From an uncultured Oscillospiraceae bacterium (GTDB lineage: Bacteria > Bacillota > Clostridia > Oscillospirales > Ruminococcaceae), in assembly GCA_934438055.1 (NCBI GenBank), contig CAKSAY010000004.1, positions 3,351 through 67,350 on the forward strand: a stretch of DNA of 64,000 nt. Direction: 5' to 3'. The notes under the pieces were generated by a model, which was not told the DNA's origin, made no database searches, and saw only the letters and a program-made list of their open reading frames with translations. The position numbers were made by a program, and so were the translations under genes. Each line of letters opens with the position of its first letter. Within the stretch, counting starts at the first letter, position 1. Positions 30,964 through 39,961 of the stretch are shown piece after piece.

Positions 30964-33111
30964 TCATTTTTCCAAACTCGGCTCTCCTCTCATTGTTAAA
31001 GCAATCCGATTTCGTGTAAGATCCAAATCCAAAATCCAAACGGTTACAATATCTCCCACCTTGACAACATCATTTGGGTGCTGAATAAAATGGTCGGAAA
31101 TCTGACTAATGTGCACCAAACCGTCCTGATGTACACCAATATCAACAAAACAACCAAAGTCAATAATATTGCGGACAGTTCCGGAAAGCTTCATGCCACG
31201 TCTCAAATCCTTTATCTCCATAATATCCTGCCGGAGAATGGGCGCGTCAAGCATATCTCGTGGATCGCGGCCCGGCATAGTGAGCTCTTGCACAATGTCA
31301 AGCAAGGTGGGAACGCCAATGCCTATCTCCTCTGCTAAATCTTGTTTGTCCATCTTATCCACCGCTTGTTTTAAATCGTTTAACCGGCCAATTCCCGCTT
31401 TGGAAAATCCGCAAATGTTTAGTAGTCTTTCTGCCGCTTGATAGCTCTCAGGATGGACTGCTGTATTATCTAAAGGATTATCTCCCCCACGAATTCTCAT
31501 AAAACCTGCGGATTGTTCAAAGGCCTTTTTCCCCAGCTTTGGCACCTTCAAAAGCTCCCGGCGATTGTGAAATGCACCATTTTCATCTCGATATTGAATG
31601 ATATTTTTTGCAATACCAACATGAATTCCTGAAACTCTTTGCAAAAGAGAAACCGAAGCCGTATTTAAATTTACGCCTACCGCGTTCACGCAATCTTCAA
31701 CCACTCTGTCTAATGTCTGGCCAAGCTCGGCTTGCGGCATGTCGTGTTGATATTGTCCGACCCCAATTCCTTTGGGTTCAATTTTGACCAATTCTGCTAG
31801 GGGGTCCTGCACCCTGCGTGCAATTGAAACGCTGCTGCGGATGGTAACGTCATATTCAGGGAATTCCTCAGCGGCAAGCTTAGACGCTGAATAAATCGAT
31901 GCGCCCGATTCATCCACAATTAAATAGGCAACATCTTCATCAATTTCTTGAATTACAGATGCAATAAAAGCCTCTGTCTCTCTGGAGGCAGTGCCATTTC
32001 CAATGGCAAACAGTTGAACATGGTGCCGTTTCACCAAGTCTATAACCGTTTTCTTCGCTTGTTCAACCTTGCTCTGCGGTGGGGTGGGAAAAATAACACC
32101 TATGTCTAAAACCTTTCCTGTTCCATCCACTACTGCCAGCTTACAACCGGTGCGATAAGCAGGATCAACACCCATAACCACCTTGCCTTTAATCGGCGGA
32201 CGGAGCAAAAGCTGCCGTAAATTAGATGCAAACAATTCTAACGAAGCCTGATTCGCCCTTTCTGTTAAATCCTTCCTAATGCGTCTTATCACTGCTGGAA
32301 GCAAAAGTCTTGAGAGGCTGTCGCTGCAAGCCTCACCAACCAAATCCGACGACGCGTTGTCTCCCTTTATGAATGTCTTTTCTAAGGGGAGCAAAAGCAT
32401 CTTGCTGTCACATTCAATATTGATATGTAAAAAATTCTCTTTCTCCCCTCGATTGATTGCCAATACACGATGATTAGCAACTCTGCAAACAGCCTCATGA
32501 AAGTCATTATACATCTGATATGGCGAATTATCCGGTAGATCCTTACCCTGCACTGATAAAACTCCATTACGCCATAAAATAGTGTATAAGCTCTGGCGGA
32601 TATTCGGATTTTCAGATATTTGTTCAGCCAAAATATCAATCGCTCCCTGCAGCGCGTCCTGAACCGTCTGCACCTTATCGTTTAAATAATGCTCTGCAAG
32701 CGCTTGAGGGCTCTCCTCACCCTGTTTTAAAATATCTTCCGCTAAAGGCGCTAATCCATTTTCTTTAGCAACAGAAGCCCTTGTCTTTCGTTTCGGGCGG
32801 AAAGGCCGATATATATCCTCAAGCGCTGTCACAGTCTGTGCATGCTCAATCGCTCTCTCCAGTTCCGACGTCCAATTTCCCTGCTCCTGAAGCTTTCGGG
32901 AAAGCTCATCTTTTTTGCTCAAAAGCGCTTCTAAATATTCTATTCTCTCCTGCATCTTCCGAAGCGTCTGATCATCTAATGAACCTGTTCTCTCTTTTCT
33001 ATAACGGGCAATGAACGGCACTGTATTGCCCTCTTTGAGCAGTTCCACAACAGCCTCAGCCTGACCGTGTCTAATCGAAAACTCCTCCTGCAGCATTTGA
33101 AGTAAATCCAT
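30964..33111 (-). CDS. tex: Tex-like transcription accessory protein (S1 RNA-binding domain)
   Basis: 715 aa. N-terminus LLKEGNTVPFIARYRKE, YqgF/HhH central part, C-terminal S1 domain (GTVRNIIDFGCFVDIGVHQDGLVHISQ). Confidence 0.9.
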   Translation of the reverse strand: MDLLQMLQEEFSIRHGQAEAVVELLKEGNTVPFIARYRKERTGSLDDQTLRKMQERIEYLEALLSKKDELSRKLQEQGNWTSELERAIEHAQTVTALEDIYRPFRPKRKTRASVAKENGLAPLAEDILKQGEESPQALAEHYLNDKVQTVQDALQGAIDILAEQISENPNIRQSLYTILWRNGVLSVQGKDLPDNSPYQMYNDFHEAVCRVANHRVLAINRGEKENFLHINIECDSKMLLLPLEKTFIKGDNASSDLVGEACSDSLSRLLLPAVIRRIRKDLTERANQASLELFASNLRQLLLRPPIKGKVVMGVDPAYRTGCKLAVVDGTGKVLDIGVIFPTPPQSKVEQAKKTVIDLVKRHHVQLFAIGNGTASRETEAFIASVIQEIDEDVAYLIVDESGASIYSASKLAAEEFPEYDVTIRSSVSIARRVQDPLAELVKIEPKGIGVGQYQHDMPQAELGQTLDRVVEDCVNAVGVNLNTASVSLLQRVSGIHVGIAKNIIQYRDENGAFHNRRELLKVPKLGKKAFEQSAGFMRIRGGDNPLDNTAVHPESYQAAERLLNICGFSKAGIGRLNDLKQAVDKMDKQDLAEEIGIGVPTLLDIVQELTMPGRDPRDMLDAPILRQDIMEIKDLRRGMKLSGTVRNIIDFGCFVDIGVHQDGLVHISQISDHFIQHPNDVVKVGDIVTVWILDLDLTRNRIALTMRGEPSLEK

Positions 33112-33274
33112 TTTTTCATCCCTTTACATTTAAAATTTCCCATCCAAATAAAACAGTTAAAAAAGTGCACTCTGTAAGTTTAGAAGGCGTCCTCGCTTTC
33201 ATGATAAAAGCAACTCATTTCGCCGCACTGTATTTCTATTTTATGTTGCTCCGCGCTCATCGCGCCCTCTTAAT

Positions 33275-33314
33275 AAAAAATGCCCGCCGAACATTACACA
33301 ACGGCGGGCATTTG
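33275..33314 (-). terminator. intrinsic terminator after the ABC/GldG/DUF4340 operon
   Basis: AATGCCCGCCG / CGGCGGGCATT stem with a T-run on the minus strand. Confidence 0.8.
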
Positions 33315-33325
33315 AATCACTGCTT

Positions 33326-34342
33326 TCAGCTAAAGCTAACAGTTACCCATGGCAGTGAAGATTCCATAACACTATAAACAACAGGTCGGCCGGAAAGCAT
33401 GACATAGTATTCATTTTCCGGAACACTTGAAGAAGAATCCTCTTCATTCACCGTCTCGGTAACTTTGGAAACATTTCCAATCAACAAAGTATAATCCTCT
33501 CCATTAATTTTATATTCCACTTTAACAGCAGGCTGCGCTAAACCATAGTCGGAAAGCTCCTGCTCTGATGGATTCACAGATGCTACAGACTGCGCAGTTA
33601 AGCTTGAAATGCTATTCTGCATTAGGGTTTGATTCTCGTCGCTCAACTGCATACCCTGTGGAGAAACAATTTGTAATTTACCATCATCGCCTTTATTCAT
33701 CACAACAGGCGCCGCTAAATCAGAGCGCGTAATTGTGCAGGACTCAACACCCGGCAATTCATTCCCGTTTTCATCTGTCGTTTGAATATAAGGAACAAGC
33801 GTCAAATCCACATAGTCATCAGGCGTTTGCATATAAACCTCAGCGTCACTGGCAGAAATAAGAGCAATGTCCTGTTGTTCATCTAGCCGGGCATATCTCC
33901 CTGTGCTGTCAGGATTTTCGTTTCCCAACTTGAGAGTTTTGGTGCTCCCGTCCGGATAAAACGCAATCACCGTCGCTTTTGGGTTGTCTAGCCCATACGC
34001 CGACAAATCATCCACCGGGGTGAAAACTTTCTCGGCATAAAGCGTTTTCATCTGTTCTGCCGGTTCGCTGGTTCTAAGATCATACTGCGGAATCTGCTCA
34101 TAGCCTGCAACTGACCACGCTATCTCCCCGTCCTCATTCTGCCCATTCTGGACAATCTCATATTCAGAGCCCTGATTTGTAACTTTAACATTCGTAGGAA
34201 GCTCCTGTTGCTGGATGAACGGTATTTTTTCGCTTTCAATTGAAGTTTCTCCAACGCCGAAATATAAAAATAGGGCGAGAATCACAAGAAGAACAGCTAC
34301 AACTCCTGTGGAAATCCAAAGCAATTGTTTTTTTTGTTTCAT
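33326..34342 (-). CDS. DUF4340 domain protein (membrane anchored)
   Basis: N-terminal TM anchor and a position immediately after a GldG-like gene, which is the conserved ABC/GldG/DUF4340 gene order. Confidence 0.6.
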   Translation of the reverse strand: MKQKKQLLWISTGVVAVLLVILALFLYFGVGETSIESEKIPFIQQQELPTNVKVTNQGSEYEIVQNGQNEDGEIAWSVAGYEQIPQYDLRTSEPAEQMKTLYAEKVFTPVDDLSAYGLDNPKATVIAFYPDGSTKTLKLGNENPDSTGRYARLDEQQDIALISASDAEVYMQTPDDYVDLTLVPYIQTTDENGNELPGVESCTITRSDLAAPVVMNKGDDGKLQIVSPQGMQLSDENQTLMQNSISSLTAQSVASVNPSEQELSDYGLAQPAVKVEYKINGEDYTLLIGNVSKVTETVNEEDSSSSVPENEYYVMLSGRPVVYSVMESSLPWVTVSFS

Positions 34343-34366
34343 TTGTTTCCTCCTTATGCAAATTCC

Positions 34367-35806
34367 TTAACGATTCCGGCGCCTTGTCCAAACCCAAATG
34401 CCAATCACAGCAATCGCAACAGGTAGAACAATCATAACCAAAAATGTCAAAAGCATCGAAGTCATCGCGCTAATTCCCAACGGCGCTCCGGTCAGCGTTT
34501 TGGGCACAACATTGACAGAGCTCGGTTTGTTTGCCGCAATGCCAAAACTACTCATAATCAAATCACCGTTGCCTAAAGTAGGCGCGTCGAGATAAGCTAG
34601 CATTTGAATGGAAGCAAAGCTAAGCACTCTGGAAGACGCTGTGTCATTTGTCTTTTCCGCGGCCAACGCAACAGGATAACTCTTTTTCTCAGCATCTGCA
34701 TAATTCCAATCCTCGCCGGCGCCATCCGGTCTCACAATGCAGGTGTTATTTGTAGTCATAAATTCACTGACTGCAACTGCGCTATCCTGTGGAGCAACCT
34801 GCTGCAATTCTTTACAATAGGGCGCGAGAACAGGAAGATCGGCGTCCGGCATATTCACAACATACGGAGAAGATGGAGAAACTGACACGTATGTCGTATA
34901 AGGACCGTTGGCCATATAGTTAGAGTCGGTTTCAAGCACAGAAGCCTGTTGCACCTGAATGCCCCACTTTGCCAAAAATGCTTCAAGATTCGGCAAAGAT
35001 TTCTGTTCAGCAGAGGCAAAATAAACAACAGTCTTTCCAAGATTTCCGCCATTGTCAAGATAAGCGTCCAGTTGCGCAATCTCCTCCGCTGTATAGTCAA
35101 CCGTAGGCGCTGCAATCACCACCAAATCCGTATCTGCAGCAATGGTAGCTGTTGTCAAATTAATCGTATCACAAACGTAATTATTCTTTTCAAACACGTC
35201 ATTTAGGCTAGAAATATCTAACTCATCATGCCCCTGAATAAACTCTAAATGAATAGGATTTACGCCCGCAACATACTCTAATGCAACAGCGATGGTCTGC
35301 TCAACATTGGAAAGTATTTCAGGATTTTGGTAGGTTGAATTACTGCCTAGACTGAACAAGTCACCGGAAGAAATATATTGCTCACGTCCGTTTTCACCAA
35401 CCACTAAAATGCCTCCTGCTGACAAATCCTCATCAGCATACTTCTGATAAAAATCCGGATTCTGATCTAAATCCACAAAAGAGACAGATAAACAAGACGA
35501 GGCATCTACCATGTTTTCAATCACATTATATGCCTGCAACGACATGCTCGAAGCCGTCTTAAAAGTCTGCTCATCATCTAACACATAAATTGTTGCATTT
35601 TGACTATACGAGTGCAAAAAATCGGTGGTATTATCTGAAATTTCATAAACCTGATTGGAAGTCAAATCTATTTCCCAATTAAATTCGTCTATTAAAAGCG
35701 ATGCGATAATGTTCACAAGAATAACAGCTGCAATAAACAGGGCTGTTATGGCAACTGTCATAGATGAATGCTGCACCTTCTTGCTGTGTAAAAATTTTTT
35801 CATCAA
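34367..35806 (-). CDS. GldG-like ABC-transporter accessory protein (ABC-type uncharacterized transport system)
   Basis: 479 aa with N- and C-terminal TM anchors flanking a large extracytoplasmic domain, downstream of an ABC-2 permease. Confidence 0.65.
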   Translation of the reverse strand: MMKKFLHSKKVQHSSMTVAITALFIAAVILVNIIASLLIDEFNWEIDLTSNQVYEISDNTTDFLHSYSQNATIYVLDDEQTFKTASSMSLQAYNVIENMVDASSCLSVSFVDLDQNPDFYQKYADEDLSAGGILVVGENGREQYISSGDLFSLGSNSTYQNPEILSNVEQTIAVALEYVAGVNPIHLEFIQGHDELDISSLNDVFEKNNYVCDTINLTTATIAADTDLVVIAAPTVDYTAEEIAQLDAYLDNGGNLGKTVVYFASAEQKSLPNLEAFLAKWGIQVQQASVLETDSNYMANGPYTTYVSVSPSSPYVVNMPDADLPVLAPYCKELQQVAPQDSAVAVSEFMTTNNTCIVRPDGAGEDWNYADAEKKSYPVALAAEKTNDTASSRVLSFASIQMLAYLDAPTLGNGDLIMSSFGIAANKPSSVNVVPKTLTGAPLGISAMTSMLLTFLVMIVLPVAIAVIGIWVWTRRRNR

Positions 35807-35979
35807 ACCATGCCTTTCCGGCCTTCGCCATAGATTTCTTTCAAAGACACATTGCGTAGTGCTGCCTCATCAATCATTCATAAAGCTTCATCTTTTCTAT
35901 GTATGACTGCAAAAGAGACAAACCTCGCAACCGTATATCGTCTACTAAGCGTTTTGCGCCTGAACAAAAATGTTGTATG

Positions 35980-36684
35980 TCAACCCCAGCGCTTCTTTTC
36001 CAATGTACGAACTGTTAAGAAATTAAAAACAACAATCACACTGATAAAATACAGGATGTCTGCAATATTGAGCAGACCGGCTGTAAAATCGCGGTATCTT
36101 CCCATGAAAGAAAGCTGATTTAACACTGTTTGCAACCAATCAAAAGGTACGTATTGTGCAAAGACGTCTAAATACATAAACAGCAAAAATACGCCAAAAG
36201 AACCAATTGCCGCAACCACTTGGCTTTTCGTAAGAGAAGAGACGAAAACGCCAATGGAAATGAGCGCTCCTCCTAACAGAAGAATGCCAATAATATTTCC
36301 TATGATTTCCATGATGGAGAGCGGAACAAAACAAGCAATAATAATGGCATAAAGAATCGTAACAGCCGCGCCAATAGCAAACATAATATAAGCTGCTAAA
36401 AACTTTCCGTAAACCAATCCATTGAGGGAAACAGGGGAGGTCAACAAAAGTTGATCCGTTCTTCCTCGAAACTCTTCGCTAAAGAGTCGCATGGTTAAAA
36501 TCGGAATAACAAACATAACAATCATAAACATCGACTCAAACACAATGCTTAAATCACTTGAATTGACTGTTAAAACGCCCGCAAAAAAGTAAAAACCGGA
36601 AAAGAAATAAAAAATAGCCAGAAAAATATAACCAATAGCCGATGAAAAATAAGCGCCAAGCTCTCTCTTTAAAATCGCTGCCAT
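35980..36684 (-). CDS. ABC-2 type transporter permease (GldF-like)
   Basis: 234-aa six-TM protein abutting the ATPase gene. The ATPase stop is at 36685 and this gene starts at 36684. Confidence 0.75.
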   Translation of the reverse strand: MAAILKRELGAYFSSAIGYIFLAIFYFFSGFYFFAGVLTVNSSDLSIVFESMFMIVMFVIPILTMRLFSEEFRGRTDQLLLTSPVSLNGLVYGKFLAAYIMFAIGAAVTILYAIIIACFVPLSIMEIIGNIIGILLLGGALISIGVFVSSLTKSQVVAAIGSFGVFLLFMYLDVFAQYVPFDWLQTVLNQLSFMGRYRDFTAGLLNIADILYFISVIVVFNFLTVRTLEKKRWG

Positions 36685-37860
36685 TTAAGCGTCGCCTCCA
36701 TTCTCTTGCTCTGCATCATTTTTGATTGATGGTTCTTCAATCGAATGCAAAATCTCATTTAAATCCTCATCGAACTCGCCCTGCAACGAAACGGTGTCCT
36801 CGAATGGAGAGATTTCGTCCACAGCATTTTCCTCCAAATGCAATGTTTCCTCCTCCAAAGGGGTCTCCGGCGCATCGGCATTCTCAGCAGCATCTTCTTC
36901 GTCCTCTTGCGCCGCATCCAAAAATTCTCCTGAAACCATCTGCAAGAAGATATCTTCAAGGGTTAGCTCATTGCTCTTAAGCGAAAGAATTGGAAGCTGC
37001 GCTGCAGACAGAGCGCCAAAAATATCTCTTCTCGGATCCTGTCCGTCTACAGGATAAACCTTAAAATCAAAACTATTTTCCTCCATCTGCCTATCCGGCA
37101 AGAGTTTTTCAATGGAAGAAATACCTTCTAAAGCAGCCTGCACTTCCTGCGCGTTTCCACCTACGCGCAACAGAATGCAAGAATCAGACTGCAATGAATG
37201 GGAAAGATTTTTCTCCGTGTCATCGGCAACAATTTTACCCTGATTAATGATGATAATTCTATCGCAAACCGCCTGTATCTCAGAGAGAATATGCGAAGAA
37301 AGAATAACCGTATGCTCCTGTCCTAACTCTCGAATCAAATCTCTAATTTCAATAATCTGTTTTGGGTCAAGTCCAACTGTCGGCTCGTCTAAAATCAAGA
37401 CGTCCGGATTGGAAATCAGCGCCTGTGCAAGCCCCACACGCTGACGATAGCCTTTGGAAAGGTTGGCAATAATGCGATCCTGCACATGCGTAATCTGCAC
37501 CTTTTCACAGGCTCGTTGAATCTGTTGGTGCACTTCCTTTTTATTCTTTATCTTTTTAAGATTACAGACAAACTTTAAATAACTGTAAACCGTCATATTC
37601 ATATATAGAGGCGGCTGTTCCGGAAGATAACCAATATGTCGTTTAGCAGAATCGGGATCCTCTAAAATATCAATACCGGCAATGCGAACGCTTCCGTTTG
37701 TAGAAGAAATATAGCCTGTTAACATGTTCATTGTTGTGGATTTACCGGCGCCGTTAGGCCCCAAAAAGCCAACAATTTCGCCCTGATGGATCGAAAAGCT
37801 AATGTCATCGACCGCAACATATTCACCATATTTTTTGGTGAGATGTTCCACTTGTATCAT
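36685..37860 (-). CDS. ABC transporter ATP-binding protein with an ~85-aa acidic C-terminal tail
   Basis: Walker A GPNGAGKST, signature LSKGYRQR, Walker B LILDEPTVGLD. The C-terminus is D/E-rich (AAQEDEEDAAENADAPETPLEEE...). Confidence 0.9.
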   Translation of the reverse strand: MIQVEHLTKKYGEYVAVDDISFSIHQGEIVGFLGPNGAGKSTTMNMLTGYISSTNGSVRIAGIDILEDPDSAKRHIGYLPEQPPLYMNMTVYSYLKFVCNLKKIKNKKEVHQQIQRACEKVQITHVQDRIIANLSKGYRQRVGLAQALISNPDVLILDEPTVGLDPKQIIEIRDLIRELGQEHTVILSSHILSEIQAVCDRIIIINQGKIVADDTEKNLSHSLQSDSCILLRVGGNAQEVQAALEGISSIEKLLPDRQMEENSFDFKVYPVDGQDPRRDIFGALSAAQLPILSLKSNELTLEDIFLQMVSGEFLDAAQEDEEDAAENADAPETPLEEETLHLEENAVDEISPFEDTVSLQGEFDEDLNEILHSIEEPSIKNDAEQENGGDA

Positions 37861-38096
37861 AAGCTACCTCTTTTCTCCGCTGCTTATCTGAACCCCAATC
37901 CCGGACAGCGGACGGGACTGGAAAACCACACCAAATGCTTTCCATTTTTTGCATTGGCTTTTACCCTAACAAAATATCATGATAACTAATTGATTAAAAA
38001 GTAAATATTTTGTGAATAGGGCATAAGATATATTTGAATTTGTCCACTCATTAGAGTGTAATATGCATTATAAAATTCGCTAAATTTTGCCCGTAG

Positions 38097-39356
38097 TCAG
38101 CACAAAAGCCGAAAGACCAATCCGGTTGCCTGCTTGGGATAAAAATAGGTGCTTTTTTGTGGCATCTGTTCCCCAGTTTGCGCAACAGCCTGAATCTCTT
38201 CCACTCTTGTAGGGGAAAGAATCACGGCTGCATCTGCCAAGCCATTACGCACCATTTCAACAGCCTCCTGCTCTTTTCTTGTAAAGGCAATGTGTTCTTC
38301 CTTGTTGCAATCACAAATCTTCTCAAACAGTGGATCCAAAAACCAATGTTGTAACACAGTCACATCCAAATGCGCATAGACCTTTGAATGCCCGTCTTGT
38401 TGTTTGCAAACCTCTTTGTCTCTTAACACAGCTAAATACTGTGTATTTTTAATGACAATCAAAAATGCATTTTTCTGTTCTCGTTGCGCCTGACGCAATG
38501 CAGCAAATCCCTGTTCGATAATGGGAAATTCCTGCATCTGAAAAGCAGCATTTCTCTCTCGCAAATGTATCAAAGCCAGATCAGAAGACAACCCATGAAG
38601 AACACGATGTGTTGGAAAAACAAGCAAGCCCTGACTTTGCAGCGGTGCAAGATAGGCAAGGATTGCATTCGCCGGATGATTCGGTGAAATTTTACCTAAA
38701 CTCTTTTGATAAGCCAGTGCAGTTTCATAGCGATGGTGTCCATCTGCTAAAAGAATCCTTTTCTCTCGAAAAAAATTGACAACCGCGTTCATAATCTCAC
38801 GATTTTGAATCCTCCAAAGTGTTTGTTGAACATGATCATCGTCAACAAAACATGCAAGCATGGTCTTCTCTGCCTGACTAAAAACAAGACGTTCTATCTC
38901 CCCGAATGGATCATCAAAAAGCCCAAAAACAGGGCTGCCATTCCATCCTGTCTCTTTCATAAGCGCAAACCGTTCCCTTTTGGGAGCATCCAGAGTTTTC
39001 TCATGTGGAATTACCACCCCCTCATCAAAAGAAGTTAAACCAAGCGCTAAAAACATTCCCTTTAACGTTCTCCTCTTTCCATGATGAAAATACGACTGCT
39101 CATAGCAATAAATAGCTTCTGTCTCATCTTGTTTAAGAATTCCACCCTTGAGCCATTCATTAAGCAATTTTGCCGCGGTTTGGTATCCTCCTTTCCCTCG
39201 CGGACTTTCTAGCCTAACCGAATTATAAGGACTCTTGTTCAAATAATTCTGATAGGATTCTTGATTCAGTATATCATAAGGAGGTGAAACTAAATCTGCA
39301 ATTTCTCCCGCCCGATCAGTAAAACGCACTGCTCTAAATCCGTCAACAACAGCCAT
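38097..39356 (-). CDS. DUF1015 family protein
   Basis: About 420 aa. N-terminal FRAVRF...LVSPPYDIL and LADGHHRYETA motifs typical of DUF1015. Start taken at Met6. Confidence 0.75.
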   Translation of the reverse strand: MAVVDGFRAVRFTDRAGEIADLVSPPYDILNQESYQNYLNKSPYNSVRLESPRGKGGYQTAAKLLNEWLKGGILKQDETEAIYCYEQSYFHHGKRRTLKGMFLALGLTSFDEGVVIPHEKTLDAPKRERFALMKETGWNGSPVFGLFDDPFGEIERLVFSQAEKTMLACFVDDDHVQQTLWRIQNREIMNAVVNFFREKRILLADGHHRYETALAYQKSLGKISPNHPANAILAYLAPLQSQGLLVFPTHRVLHGLSSDLALIHLRERNAAFQMQEFPIIEQGFAALRQAQREQKNAFLIVIKNTQYLAVLRDKEVCKQQDGHSKVYAHLDVTVLQHWFLDPLFEKICDCNKEEHIAFTRKEQEAVEMVRNGLADAAVILSPTRVEEIQAVAQTGEQMPQKSTYFYPKQATGLVFRLLC

Positions 39357-39961
39357 ATACAAACCTCCCATTCAGTAGGATAAGTAATGATATCTAACTT
39401 TTAGATATCCAGCTAAAATAATAAAAATCGTCCCCCTTTCTTTAAATAATCTTTGAAATGGAACACCTTGCTCCTCACAAAGAAGCAACAGTAGACATTC
39501 TAAAAATCTATCATATCACATTCATGAATGATTCAGAATCGAAAAATGTAACCCCCATAAATCTTGTCTTTTTATTCACGACTCCGGTTATACTAGGTTT
39601 GCACTAAAACACTCTGTGTAGGGTTTCTTAACAATGAGAATTCTAAAACTTTTATGTCCTTTACAGCCATCAGATTATATAAATATTTGAACAACCCTTG
39701 ACATTATGAGGGAAAAATATTATGATTAGCTAGAGTATTGATTTGAAACGGAAGATGCTTTTCATTGTAAGTGTCGATATAAAAACAGTCTATTTTGTGA
39801 AATGGGTTCAATTTACTATAATATTTTTCATCCATGCCTTTTGCAGACTGGTAAAAATTGTTCGGTTAAATATTTAGCTCGTTTTTGCAAAAACGAAATT
39901 TTTTAAGGTATTCAATAACAGATGTAATAATAAAATGATAAGTTAAAGAGAGGTAAAAAGA

